Shown: positions 29,880 through 39,072 of the stretch, piece by piece | Position numbering within the stretch: the stretch's first letter is position 1 | How the letters are laid out: each line of letters starts with the position of its first letter | Assembly (NCBI GenBank): GCA_964500055.1 | Contig: CAZCMY010000002.1 | Span: 2,913-49,680, forward strand | DNA length: 46,768 nucleotides | Reading direction: 5' to 3' | DNA from: an uncultured Acidaminococcales bacterium | Lineage (GTDB): Bacteria; Bacillota; Negativicutes; Acidaminococcales; Acidaminococcaceae | Notes under the pieces: generated by a model | Told to the model about the DNA's origin: nothing | Database searches by the model: none | The model's input: only the letters and a program-made list of their open reading frames with translations | Translations under genes and position numbers: made by a program

Positions 29880-31105
29880 TTGCTTTTTCTCCGTAATAAG
29901 GAGTATGGCTGCAAATATACTGCGCTTTTGATTGAAAATATCTGCTTTACTCGGTTAGCAACATCAAATTGATTACCGCTCTCATCACGCATATCAGTCA
30001 ATGCTATATCAAGCAACGTACCATCTGGCATTAAGACTTCTAAATCTTCACCGGCAACCATTCTATTTCGCTGTTCGATATACGCGGTATTCGTCTCTTT
30101 GTCATAACCAGTCACTATACCAACAAAATCACGAGTTTGCACATAACTGGAAGTTGTATATATTTGTCCATTCTCATCAGGTCTATTTACGGCAAAACCA
30201 TAAAAATATGGTCTGTGTGAAACTTTTTCTAATTCGTCTCTCCACTCACTTTTTATAGTAAATTCCTTTGGATTGCTGTACCAGGCATCTATTGCCTTTC
30301 TATAAACACTAACTACAGTAGCTACATAATGTACACTTTTCATGCGCCCTTCAATTTTAAGGCTATCCACGCCTGCCTCAGCAAGCTCAGGAATAAGATC
30401 AAGCAGACAAAGATCCTTGGAATTCATTATATATGTGCCGCGTTCATCCTCTTCTATTGGGAACTCTTGGTCAGGCCTATTTTCTTCTACTAATTTATAG
30501 TTCCATCTGCATACCTGAGCACATTCGCCACGATTTCCATCGCGCCCGGTAAGATAACTACTTAGATAGCAACGACCAGAATAGGAAATACACATAGCTC
30601 CATGAACAAAGACTTCCAGCTCAATGTCGCATTTCTTATCAATCTCACTGATTTCTGCTATTGAGAGTTCTCTGGCCAAAACAACGCGTTCAGCGCCAAG
30701 ATTTTTCCAAGCTTCGACTGCCGCCCAATTACAAGTGTTAGCCTGAGTACTTACATGTAAGGCCATATCAGGTACAACTTGTCTTGCAATACTCCAAACT
30801 CCAAAATCTGAAATCAGCAGTGCATCGACGCCTGCTTCTTCAAGGCTTAAAAGATATTCCGGTAATTCCGCAATATCTTCATTATGAGCAAATATATTGA
30901 CCGTCACATAGACTTTTTTTCCAAGATTATGAGCGAATTCAACAGCCTCTTTGATTTCAGCAATGCTGAAATTAGCAGCAAATGCTCGCAGTCCAAACTT
31001 GTTGCCGCCGAGATAAATAGCATCGGCTCCATATAAAAGAGCCATTTTACATTTTTCCATATTACCAGCAGGTGCCAGCAGCTCTGGTTTTTTACGTAAA
31101 GACAT
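29876..31105 (-). CDS. Peptidase U32 family protein (YrrO/TrhP-like, probable tRNA-U34 hydroxylation factor)
   Basis: PELLAPAGN...ALLYGADAIYLGG..FGLRA N-terminus and a Cys-rich U32 core (E.FVHGAMCISYSGRC.LS). Same neighbourhood as B. subtilis yrrL(mltG)-yrrN-yrrO. Confidence 0.85.
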   Translation of the reverse strand: MSLRKKPELLAPAGNMEKCKMALLYGADAIYLGGNKFGLRAFAANFSIAEIKEAVEFAHNLGKKVYVTVNIFAHNEDIAELPEYLLSLEEAGVDALLISDFGVWSIARQVVPDMALHVSTQANTCNWAAVEAWKNLGAERVVLARELSIAEISEIDKKCDIELEVFVHGAMCISYSGRCYLSSYLTGRDGNRGECAQVCRWNYKLVEENRPDQEFPIEEDERGTYIMNSKDLCLLDLIPELAEAGVDSLKIEGRMKSVHYVATVVSVYRKAIDAWYSNPKEFTIKSEWRDELEKVSHRPYFYGFAVNRPDENGQIYTTSSYVQTRDFVGIVTGYDKETNTAYIEQRNRMVAGEDLEVLMPDGTLLDIALTDMRDESGNQFDVANRVKQIFSIKSAVYLQPYSLLRRKSK

Positions 31106-31138
31106 AGTTTTCTCTCCAATTTAATATAAATTATATTT

Positions 31139-32149
31139 TTATTGAGGGCCATGTATTCTTTCAATCTCTTTTAAATGGTCCTGATATGTTTCTGTAAAAT
31201 GATGGTGTCCTTCCAAATCTGCAACAAAATACAAATAGTTTGTTGGCTTAGGGTCTAAAACAGCATTAATAGTCGAAATGCTTGGACTAGCAATAGGTCC
31301 TGGTGGTAATTCAGCATATAAATATGTGTTATATGGAGAATCTATCTTTGTATCCGCAATACTTATCTCCTTTTTTTGAACACCAAGAATATATTGAATG
31401 GTTGTGTCAGATTGCAAAGGCATCTGTATTTGCAGCCTCTTGAGAAATACCCCTGCAATTAATGGCCTCTCTTCAGGGAATACTGCCTCTTTTTCTACAA
31501 GCGAAGCTAAATTTACTAAATCACGTACACTCATATTCTTATCTTTAGCTTTTTGACGAATATCTTCGGTTAATTGGGTATCAAACTCTTTAACCATAAT
31601 AGCCAGTATTTCCTTTTCAGCAGACCCAGGTGAAAGATAATACGTTGAAGGATAAGCAAAGCCTTCAGCCTTAAAAATGACATTATTATTACTTGTTTCC
31701 ATATAAGAATAAGGTGCATAGTCCTTAGCGGCTTTCTTAAATTCCTCTGCACTGCCAAGACCACTTTCCTCAATTTTTTTCGCTATTTGCTCTATTGTAT
31801 AACCTTCTGGAATTGTAAGCGTTTTATGCCGCACTTGCCCTTTGGAGAATAAATCAATGATCTCCCAATTGGACATACCACTCACTATTTCATACTCGCC
31901 AGCCTGTAAGGAACGTTCCATTCTGGCAAATTTTGATTGTAACCTAAAAAAGACCGGAGAATTAATCATTTTTTTGTTTTGCAGCAATGTTGCTATATCA
32001 GCATTAGTCATACCAGGCTCAACAGTTATTATTATGTTCTCACCTGTAGCTAAATTTTTATTATTGTTAGCATTAATTGCAACTCCCAACACAATCGCCG
32101 CCAATATCAAAATGCCGGCCATGATCGTCAGCAACTTTTTTTTGCTCAT
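31139..32149 (-). CDS. mltG: Endolytic murein transglycosylase MltG (YceG-like)
   Basis: N-terminal TM helix, LysM-like segment and YceG core (LASLVEKEA, SDTTIQY, YNTY...LPPGPI.SPS). Confidence 0.9.
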   Translation of the reverse strand: MSKKKLLTIMAGILILAAIVLGVAINANNNKNLATGENIIITVEPGMTNADIATLLQNKKMINSPVFFRLQSKFARMERSLQAGEYEIVSGMSNWEIIDLFSKGQVRHKTLTIPEGYTIEQIAKKIEESGLGSAEEFKKAAKDYAPYSYMETSNNNVIFKAEGFAYPSTYYLSPGSAEKEILAIMVKEFDTQLTEDIRQKAKDKNMSVRDLVNLASLVEKEAVFPEERPLIAGVFLKRLQIQMPLQSDTTIQYILGVQKKEISIADTKIDSPYNTYLYAELPPGPIASPSISTINAVLDPKPTNYLYFVADLEGHHHFTETYQDHLKEIERIHGPQ

Positions 32150-32193
32150 TTTCCCCTCTCCATCCTAACAAATCATACATAATGTATAAAAGC

Positions 32194-32224
32194 CAAAAAA
32201 ATGCCGGGTAGATAGCTACCCAGC
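32194..32224 (-). terminator. Rho-independent terminator after the DUF1292 gene
   Basis: Minus strand reads GCUGGGUAG-cuau-CUACCCgGC followed by AUUUUUUU (plus-strand A-run at 32194-32201). Confidence 0.55.
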
Positions 32225-32235
32225 ATCAATTCCAA

Positions 32236-32559
32236 TTACTCTTCCGAAGAATTCATCATTTCTTCATATGCTGTTTTCACAGCTTCAAATTCTTCCTCGG
32301 TTGGATCTAAGTAAATGGCCTCGCCATCCTCATCAAAATCAATGCGAGCGATGTAAACATCCGGCTCATCGTTTTCATCATGGCATTCACATTCTTCATC
32401 TTCACAGCCACATTCATCGATTGCAACCAACAAGGCAAAATTTTTGTCGCCCAATGGAATTACCATTTCTTCTCTGTAATAAAATTCATTACCCTCATCA
32501 TCACTCATAACAACTATTTGTTCGTCATCTTCTAACATTTCTAACTCTTTATCATCCAT
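32236..32559 (-). CDS. DUF1292 family acidic protein (YrzB-like) with an internal Cys cluster
   Basis: Very acidic 107-aa protein (VVMSDDEGNEFYY..., ...LDPTEEEFEAV) in the conserved position after ruvX. Carries CGCEDEECECH at residues 50-60. Confidence 0.8.
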   Translation of the reverse strand: MDDKELEMLEDDEQIVVMSDDEGNEFYYREEMVIPLGDKNFALLVAIDECGCEDEECECHDENDEPDVYIARIDFDEDGEAIYLDPTEEEFEAVKTAYEEMMNSSEE

Positions 32560-32590
32560 AACGGCACCTCTTTTTAATTTATTCTTATTA

Positions 32591-32619
32591 ATTCTATACT
32601 AGATAAAAGCTACTGTCAA
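32591..32619 (-). promoter_or_regulatory. Putative sigma-A promoter upstream of the DUF1292 gene
   Basis: Minus strand: TTGACA (32614-32619), 17 nt, TAGAAT (32591-32596). Confidence 0.45.
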
Positions 32620-32651
32620 ACAAGTCAAAACAATAGCATTCATTAAGCAAC

Positions 32652-33068
32652 TCATTTTTTTCTGCTATCCAAATAATTTTGCAGTATAACTACTGCAGCC
32701 ATCATATCAATTATTTTCTTGCGCTTATCACGTCGCAAATCTGCACTAATCAAAACTTTTTCAGCTGCAACAGTAGATAATCTTTCATCCCATAACAGAA
32801 CTTCAAGATCAGGGAATCTCTCTTTTACTTTATCAGCAAAGACTTCGCAAAATTGGGCTCTTTCACCGATAGTACCATTCATGTTTTTAGGATAACCTAT
32901 CACAATCTTGTCAACTTCATTATCAGCAATAATTTTTGCCAATCTTGAAAAATCGCTTTCTGTAGGTCCTCTGCGAATTGTTTCAAGACCGCGGGCAATA
33001 AGTCCGGTAGCATCGCTAAGAGCAACGCCAATAGTTTTTGTGCCCAAATCTAAGGCCATTATCCTCAT
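32652..33068 (-). CDS. ruvX: Holliday junction resolvase-like pre-16S rRNA nuclease RuvX/YqgF
   Basis: MRIMALDLGTKTIGVALSD... and DERLST motifs. Confidence 0.92.
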   Translation of the reverse strand: MRIMALDLGTKTIGVALSDATGLIARGLETIRRGPTESDFSRLAKIIADNEVDKIVIGYPKNMNGTIGERAQFCEVFADKVKERFPDLEVLLWDERLSTVAAEKVLISADLRRDKRKKIIDMMAAVVILQNYLDSRKK

Positions 33069-33081
33069 ATAAGACCTTCTT

Positions 33082-33339
33082 TCACTTTTTCTCTTTCAAA
33101 TAGCTTATTACAAGCTCCTCAATTAATTCATAACGTTCAAATTGGCGTATTTTACTTCTGGCATCACCATGGCTAGTAATGTATGTCGGATCACCAGACA
33201 AAAGATACCCCGCCAACTGGTCAACAGGGTTGTATCCCTTTTCTTCAAAGGCCTTACAGACCTCAGCAATAGTTTTAGCTACATTTTTATTCTCAGGATT
33301 GCGTTTAAACATCATAGTTTCTTGCGATACATCACTCAT
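33082..33339 (-). CDS. ireB: IreB family regulatory phosphoprotein (UPF0297/DUF965)
   Basis: V..AL.EKGYNP..Q..GY..SGDP.YI....ARS.I....R.E..EEL...YL pattern, in the conserved position after alaS. Trimmed to ATG 33339 after GGAGGGA. Confidence 0.8.
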   Translation of the reverse strand: MSDVSQETMMFKRNPENKNVAKTIAEVCKAFEEKGYNPVDQLAGYLLSGDPTYITSHGDARSKIRQFERYELIEELVISYLKEKK

Positions 33340-33384
33340 GGTTATCCCTCCTCTGACTCTTATCTTCATTCTAACACAAACCGG

Positions 33385-33418
33385 AAGAAAAAATAAGGAA
33401 GGAATTAAAATTCCTTCC
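33385..33418 (-). terminator. Rho-independent terminator after alaS
   Basis: Palindrome GGAAGGAATT / AATTCCTTCC (33397-33418), followed on the minus strand by UUAUUUUUUCUU. Confidence 0.65.
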
Positions 33419-33427
33419 CATTGATAA

Positions 33428-36052
33428 TTACTTTACTTGTCCTGCTATTATATTCCAAGCAGCTTCTAAAGCCTCGTGCAACTTATTAACGTCTCTTCCG
33501 CCGGCCTGAGCCATATCTGGTCTACCACCGCCGTTGCCGCCAGTTATCTTAGCTACCTCTTTAACTATATTGCCACAATGAATACCGGCCTTAGTGGCAT
33601 CTTTGGTTGCCATAGCCAGAATGTTGATTTTGTCTTCTGATGCCACATTGGCAAGAACGACTACGCCACCAACTTTGTCGCGCATTTTGTCACCGAGTGT
33701 ACGAAGTGCATCTGCATCATCCACATTAACTGATTGTACTAAAGCATTTACACCCTTAAAGTTCTTAACTTTACTTTCAATTTCATCAAGTTGTGATGAA
33801 GCAATCCTGTCAGCCAATTCATTTGCTTTCTGTTCAGCATTCTTAAGTTCTGCCTGCAGGCTTTCTATTCTACCAAGAATATCATTAGTACGACATTTTA
33901 GGCCCTGGGCTACATTTCTTACTAAAGCTTCTGTTTCATTAACAAACGCCAGTGCGCCGTGACCTGTTACAGCTTCAATTCTACGTACGCCAGCACCGCT
34001 GCTGGATTCGGATATAATTTTGAACATACCGATGAGAGCAGTATTTTTAACATGAACGCCGCCGCAAAGTTCCATGCTGAAGCCAGGAACGCTAACAACA
34101 CGCACAACATCGCCATACTTCTCACCAAACAGAGCCATAGCCCCCATAGCCTTTGCCTTACTGATTTCTGTTTCCGTTATATCAACATCAAGTGAATCTA
34201 AAATACGTTCGTTTACAATGACTTCAACTTTTTTCAATTCCTCTTCTGTTACTTGCGAAAAGTGCGAGAAATCAAAACGAAGGCGATCCGGACCTACATA
34301 ACTACCGGCCTGATTAACATGAGCCCCCAATACTTCTTTTAATGCAGCATGCATCAAATGTGTAGCAGTATGGTTTCTAGCAATATCGTTTTTACGTTGC
34401 CTGTTTACTTCGGCAGTAACTTGCTCACCAGAATTAACAAATCCTTCTGTCACATGTCCAATAAGAATTGTTGAGCCATTTGGCAGTTTTTTGGTATTAG
34501 TTACTTCAACTACACCTGAAGGAGCAAGTAAACGGCCGGTATCGCCTAATTGTCCGCCGCCTTCAGCATGAAAAGGTGTAACATCCAAAATAACAGCTAC
34601 ACTTTCCCCATCCTTAACCGTTTGGACAGGTTGTGGATCCTGCTGCTCATAAAGCAGCACAATTTTTCCCACTTTAGCATCTTCATCAACTGTCAATTTT
34701 TCCGGTTCTGAGCCGGTAGTATTATAAATAACAGGCAGACACTCTTTATCAGCACGAGCTGAACGAGCCCTATCTCTTTGTTCCATCATTGCCTTGTCAA
34801 AACCATCTTTATCCATCGTCATCGAATTTTCCTGCAGAATCTCGGCAGTTAATTCCCATGGGAAACCAAAAGTATCATACAACTTAAAAGCAGAAGCGCC
34901 GTTAAGAACTTTTTCTCCAGCTTCACGTAAAGAAGCAATTTCTTCATTCAATATTTCAGTTCCTTGTTGTAAGGTCTGCATGAAACGTGTTTCTTCCATT
35001 TCGACGACTTTTTTAATATAATCGCGTTTTTCAGCCATTTCAGGATATACACCTTCAAATATCGCTATTACAACATCTACAGCATCTGCAAGGAACAGCT
35101 TGTTTATGCCAATAAGACGGCCATGTCTTACAGCTCTGCGCAGAATTCTCCTCAGAACATAACCTCTGCCATCATTAGCAGGTAAAACGCCATCACTTAT
35201 CATAACAGAAAGACTGCGGGCATGATCGGCAATAACTTTTAAGGATATGTCAGTTTTATTATCAGTCCCGAATTTTTTATTTGCTACAGAAGCCGCATAT
35301 TCAATTATAGGGAATATCAAATCAGTTTCGAAGTTAGATTTCTTTTGTTGCAAAACAGATGCAAGTCGTTCCAGACCAGCACCGGTATCAATATTTTTAT
35401 TCTTAAGCGGCGTATAGGTTCCATCATCATTTTGATTGTATTGCGTAAATACAAGATTCCAGATTTCCAAATAACGATCGCAATCGCATCCTACTGCGCA
35501 ATCAGGCTTACCACAGCCCCTATCTTCGCCAAGATCTACATGTATCTCGGAACAAGGGCCACATGGTCCAGAGCCGATTTCCCAAAAGTTCTCTTCCAAA
35601 CGAATAATGCGTTCAGCTGGTACGCCAACAACATTGTGCCAAATATCAAAAGCTTCATCATCATCAGTGTATATAGTGATCCATAACTTATCACCAGGTA
35701 TTTCCAGCACTTCCGTCAGAAATTCCCAGCTCCAAGGTATAACTTCTTTTTTGAAATAATCACCAAAAGAGAAATTGCCCAACATTTCAAAAAAAGTATG
35801 ATGTCTCGCAGTGCGGCCAACATTTTCAATATCACCCGTACGTACACATTTCTGGCAAGTTGTAACTCTCGGACTTGGCGGTTTCATTTTTCCTGTAAAA
35901 AAAGGTTTGAACGGTGCCATACCAGCACCAATCAACAACAAAGTAGGATCATCTTGTGGAATCAAAGAGGCACTCGGTTGTATCAAATGTCCTCGTTCTG
36001 CAAAGAAATTCAGAAAAGCCTCACGTATTTCATTACCAGTCATATTTTTCAT
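33428..36052 (-). CDS. alaS: Alanyl-tRNA synthetase
   Basis: 874 aa with the N-terminal IREAFLNFFAERGH motif, editing-domain HxxxH/CGG motifs (HTATHLMH; CGGVHV) and a C-terminal DHHA1 domain. Confidence 0.97.
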   Translation of the reverse strand: MKNMTGNEIREAFLNFFAERGHLIQPSASLIPQDDPTLLLIGAGMAPFKPFFTGKMKPPSPRVTTCQKCVRTGDIENVGRTARHHTFFEMLGNFSFGDYFKKEVIPWSWEFLTEVLEIPGDKLWITIYTDDDEAFDIWHNVVGVPAERIIRLEENFWEIGSGPCGPCSEIHVDLGEDRGCGKPDCAVGCDCDRYLEIWNLVFTQYNQNDDGTYTPLKNKNIDTGAGLERLASVLQQKKSNFETDLIFPIIEYAASVANKKFGTDNKTDISLKVIADHARSLSVMISDGVLPANDGRGYVLRRILRRAVRHGRLIGINKLFLADAVDVVIAIFEGVYPEMAEKRDYIKKVVEMEETRFMQTLQQGTEILNEEIASLREAGEKVLNGASAFKLYDTFGFPWELTAEILQENSMTMDKDGFDKAMMEQRDRARSARADKECLPVIYNTTGSEPEKLTVDEDAKVGKIVLLYEQQDPQPVQTVKDGESVAVILDVTPFHAEGGGQLGDTGRLLAPSGVVEVTNTKKLPNGSTILIGHVTEGFVNSGEQVTAEVNRQRKNDIARNHTATHLMHAALKEVLGAHVNQAGSYVGPDRLRFDFSHFSQVTEEELKKVEVIVNERILDSLDVDITETEISKAKAMGAMALFGEKYGDVVRVVSVPGFSMELCGGVHVKNTALIGMFKIISESSSGAGVRRIEAVTGHGALAFVNETEALVRNVAQGLKCRTNDILGRIESLQAELKNAEQKANELADRIASSQLDEIESKVKNFKGVNALVQSVNVDDADALRTLGDKMRDKVGGVVVLANVASEDKINILAMATKDATKAGIHCGNIVKEVAKITGGNGGGRPDMAQAGGRDVNKLHEALEAAWNIIAGQVK

Positions 36053-36093
36053 TATTATTTATCGCCCCTTGTTTCCATGTAAACACACGAAAA

Positions 36094-36122
36094 ATTATAC
36101 AAAATTTGCTCTATTATGTCAA
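36094..36122 (-). promoter_or_regulatory. Consensus sigma-A promoter for alaS
   Basis: Minus strand: TTGACA (36117-36122), 17 nt, TATAAT (36094-36099). The -35 abuts the mnmA stop, and the predicted leader is only about 35 nt. Confidence 0.55.
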
Positions 36123-36123
36123 T

Positions 36124-37206
36124 TCAGCTTGATTTTAAGCTACTCAAGATTGTGCCGCCACCTATACAATAATCATTTTCATAAAAAACTGCTGCCTGCC
36201 CCGGAGCAATACCGCGCATTGGCAATTCTAAGGTAACTTTTACCTGGCCTTCAACAATATCCGGTTCAATAAAAGCATCAACAGGTTTGGCATTATAGCG
36301 GATTTTAACTTTAACAGCCCTTTTTGCTTGCAAAGACCTGCCGTCACTAAATACAGCTTCTGTAACAATCAAGCCATCACGCAGAGATTCCTCAGCATCT
36401 GCAAGTATTACTACGTTTTTCTCTGCATCAATTTCTATAACATACAAAGGTGTAGCAGCAGCAATGCCAAGGCCTTTACGCTGACCAATGGTATAATGCG
36501 AAATACCATGATGTTTACCCAATATCTGTCCCTTAGTATTTATGATATCGCCACTTTTTTCTTGAGAAAAAGATTTAAGAAAACGATGATAGTCGTTATC
36601 AGGTATAAAGCAGATGTCTTGACTGTCTTTCTTATTGAACACAGGCAGGTTAAACTCTTTCGCCAGTTCCCTGACTTGCACTTTATCATAGTCTCCTAAA
36701 GGAAACATAACATGATTAAGTTGCTCTTGATTCAAATGATAAAGAACGTAGCTTTGATCTTTAGCAATGTTTTTTGCCATAGCCACATGTTTAAAACCTT
36801 CAGTATCTTCAATAATACGGGCATAATGTCCGGTGGCCAGATAATCAGCACCAAGTTCTCTGGCTTTATCATACAAGGCTCCGAACTTAACCTTTTTATT
36901 GCAAAAAACACAAGGGTTTGGTGTCCTGCCGGCTTTATACTCGTTTAAAAAGTACTGTACAACGCTTTGCCTGAAAAAATCATTGAAATCTACGATGTGG
37001 TGTTCTATCCCCAATATTTCTGCAACAGCGGCGGCATCTTTTTCGGTTGCTGCCAGCTGTTCTATTGACACATTAGCCTGCTTATCAACCCAAAGCCTCA
37101 TCGTAATTCCTATTACTTTGTATCCTTTTTGCAACAGCAAAGCGGCGGCAACAGAACTGTCCACGCCACCGCTCATCGCTATTGCCACTGTCTTATTGTT
37201 TAGCAT
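36124..37206 (-). CDS. mnmA: tRNA 2-thiouridine(34) synthase
   Basis: VAIAMSGGVDSSVAA PP-loop, NPCV.CN, and the catalytic Cys region. Trimmed to ATG 37206 after AGGAG; overlaps the Rrf2 gene by 14 nt. Confidence 0.93.
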   Translation of the reverse strand: MLNNKTVAIAMSGGVDSSVAAALLLQKGYKVIGITMRLWVDKQANVSIEQLAATEKDAAAVAEILGIEHHIVDFNDFFRQSVVQYFLNEYKAGRTPNPCVFCNKKVKFGALYDKARELGADYLATGHYARIIEDTEGFKHVAMAKNIAKDQSYVLYHLNQEQLNHVMFPLGDYDKVQVRELAKEFNLPVFNKKDSQDICFIPDNDYHRFLKSFSQEKSGDIINTKGQILGKHHGISHYTIGQRKGLGIAAATPLYVIEIDAEKNVVILADAEESLRDGLIVTEAVFSDGRSLQAKRAVKVKIRYNAKPVDAFIEPDIVEGQVKVTLELPMRGIAPGQAAVFYENDYCIGGGTILSSLKSS

Positions 37207-37633
37207 GCTTTTCGCTCCTGCAAAGATCCTCCAAGGTAATACCATCAAGCACTTTACTTATACTATCGGCAACTTTAGCCCAAATGTTCTGTGTAACGCA
37301 GTCATCACATTTCTCACAATAGTGCTTATCATTTTTATCAATGCTGAGCAAACAGTCTACAGGAGCAATCGGGCCTTCCATAACACGAATTATATCCCCA
37401 ACGGTAATGTCCTTTGGATCTCTAGTCAAATAGTAACCACCCTGAGCGCCTCTTGTACTTTTAACCAAGCCCGCTTTTCTGAGCTGACCCATCAGTTGTT
37501 CAAGATAATGCTCAGAAATTTGTTGACGTTCAGCTACATTTTTTATTGATACTGGAACCTTATCACCGGAATTCATAGCGAGGTCATACATAGCAGTAAC
37601 ACCGTATCTGCCTTTGGTCGAAAGCTTCATCAT
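37193..37633 (-). CDS. Rrf2 family transcriptional regulator (IscR/CymR-like)
   Basis: MKLSTKGRYGVTAMYDLA... wHTH region, plus three C-terminal Cys residues (C..5..C..C region: VDCLLSIDKNDKHYCEKCDDC). Trimmed to ATG 37633 after AGGTGGG. Confidence 0.85.
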   Translation of the reverse strand: MMKLSTKGRYGVTAMYDLAMNSGDKVPVSIKNVAERQQISEHYLEQLMGQLRKAGLVKSTRGAQGGYYLTRDPKDITVGDIIRVMEGPIAPVDCLLSIDKNDKHYCEKCDDCVTQNIWAKVADSISKVLDGITLEDLCRSEKHAKQ

Positions 37634-37677
37634 ATATAATTCCCACCTATTCAAATCAATTTCTACTAATTTACTAA

Positions 37678-37726
37678 AGAATAACAATTGTAAAAAAATA
37701 TGTCAATTAGCTTTTTAAAATTGTTA
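37678..37726 (-). promoter_or_regulatory. Putative promoter and operator region of the Rrf2-mnmA unit
   Basis: Minus strand: TTGACA (37701-37706), 17 nt, TATTCT (37678-37683). The inverted repeat TAACAATT (37682-37689) / AATTGTTA (37719-37726) brackets the -35, and the palindrome ACAATTGT sits in the spacer. Confidence 0.38.
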
Positions 37727-39007
37727 CTAATCTTTTTTAAATAGGTTATTCTCTTCTCCTATTGGTTTCGGTTCATAGTACTTCACTTTTGCTAGTGCGT
37801 CAGGAAGATATTGCTGCTTAACATACCCGCCAGGATAATCATGAGGATAAAGATAGCCTGACCCATTACCCAGTTTAGCAGCACCTGGATAATGTGCATC
37901 CCGCAAATGTTTTGGCACTTGCCCGCAATTTCGGGTGCGAACATCCTCAATGGCTTTGGCAATCCCCAAGTAGCAGCTATTACTCTTAGGTGCATTGGCA
38001 ATGTAACACACTGCTTGTGACAAAGGTATCTGGGCTTCCGGCAAGCCAACAAAATGTGCTGCCTGAGCTGCTGCATTGGCAATAATTAAAGCTTTCGGAT
38101 CGGCATTGCCAACATCTTCAGAAGCGCAAATCAAAATTCTTCGAGCAATAAACCTGACATCTTCTCCGCTTTCAATCAACCTAGCCAGATAATGTAAAGC
38201 AGCGTCAGCATCAGAGCCACGCATGCTTTTAATAAAGGCAGAAATAATGTCATAATGATAATCGCCATTTTTATCATACTGAAGTACGACATTGCCAAGC
38301 ACAAGCCTGAGGACATTTACATCCAGTTCTTTCTTATCTTCAGCCAGCATTGCTATTGCCTGTTCCAACACATTCAATGCTCTCCTGGCATCTCCATTAG
38401 CAAAATTAGCAACAACATCTATTGCTTCATCGGTAATTTTAATACCAGTTTCACCATAACCATTCGTTTTGTCAGATAAGGTTCTTTTGATGATTTGTTT
38501 GATATCCCCTTCAGTCAACTGTTCTAACCGGATTACTTTCATCCTTGATAATAGAGGTGAATTGATTTCAAAGAAAGGGTTTTCAGTCGTAGCTCCAATT
38601 AATACAATCGTACCATTCTCTACGCATGGCAAAAGTACATCTTGTTGTGCTTTGTTAAAGCGATGTATTTCATCTATAAAAATAATCGTACGGCCAATTC
38701 CTGTTCTTTGACGTTCTATAGCACTGGCTAACAGCTTACGCAATTCAGGGACTCCTGACGAAACAGCATTAATTGATTCAAATATACTTCCAGTTAATTC
38801 AGCAATAACTTTGGCAAGTGTTGTTTTTCCAGTCCCTGGCGGTCCATAAAAGATTATAGATGGTATGGAATCATTTTCAATCATACGCCGCAAATAGCTG
38901 TTTTTACCTATAACCTTTTCTTGTCCAACGAAGTCAACCAGATTTTTTGGTCTCATTTTATCAGCTAATGGCTTCGGCGCCATACTCGTAAATAAGCTAT
39001 CCATCAT
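37727..39007 (-). CDS. rarA: Replication-associated recombination protein A (AAA+ ATPase)
   Basis: Walker [10 protein letters not shown], Walker [13 protein letters not shown], and MgsA C-terminal domains (HY...SAFIKS.RGSD.DAAL.YLAR). Confidence 0.92.
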   Translation of the reverse strand: MMDSLFTSMAPKPLADKMRPKNLVDFVGQEKVIGKNSYLRRMIENDSIPSIIFYGPPGTGKTTLAKVIAELTGSIFESINAVSSGVPELRKLLASAIERQRTGIGRTIIFIDEIHRFNKAQQDVLLPCVENGTIVLIGATTENPFFEINSPLLSRMKVIRLEQLTEGDIKQIIKRTLSDKTNGYGETGIKITDEAIDVVANFANGDARRALNVLEQAIAMLAEDKKELDVNVLRLVLGNVVLQYDKNGDYHYDIISAFIKSMRGSDADAALHYLARLIESGEDVRFIARRILICASEDVGNADPKALIIANAAAQAAHFVGLPEAQIPLSQAVCYIANAPKSNSCYLGIAKAIEDVRTRNCGQVPKHLRDAHYPGAAKLGNGSGYLYPHDYPGGYVKQQYLPDALAKVKYYEPKPIGEENNLFKKD

Positions 39008-39033
39008 CACTATAACCTCCTGACTGCTTTAAT

Positions 39034-39066
39034 TATAAAAAAGGCACCAGCCAACAGCCAGCGCCT
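39034..39066 (-). terminator. Probable rho-independent terminator after tcdA
   Basis: Minus strand: AGGCGCUGGC-uguug-GCUGGUGCCU (10 bp including 3 G-U pairs) followed by UUUUUUA. Confidence 0.5.
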
Positions 39067-39072
39067 AAAAAA

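Noticed and set aside
33397-33418. Perfect 10-bp palindrome GGAAGGAATT/AATTCCTTCC as a protein operator
   Set aside because: It lies immediately after the alaS stop and is followed by a U-run on the coding strand. A rho-independent terminator is the simpler reading.
36899-37549. 216-aa plus-strand ORF spanning the mnmA/Rrf2 junction
   Set aside because: It is antisense to two well-supported genes. Its translation is low-complexity with no recognisable motif and no SD. The long open frame is best explained by the codon bias of the opposite strand.
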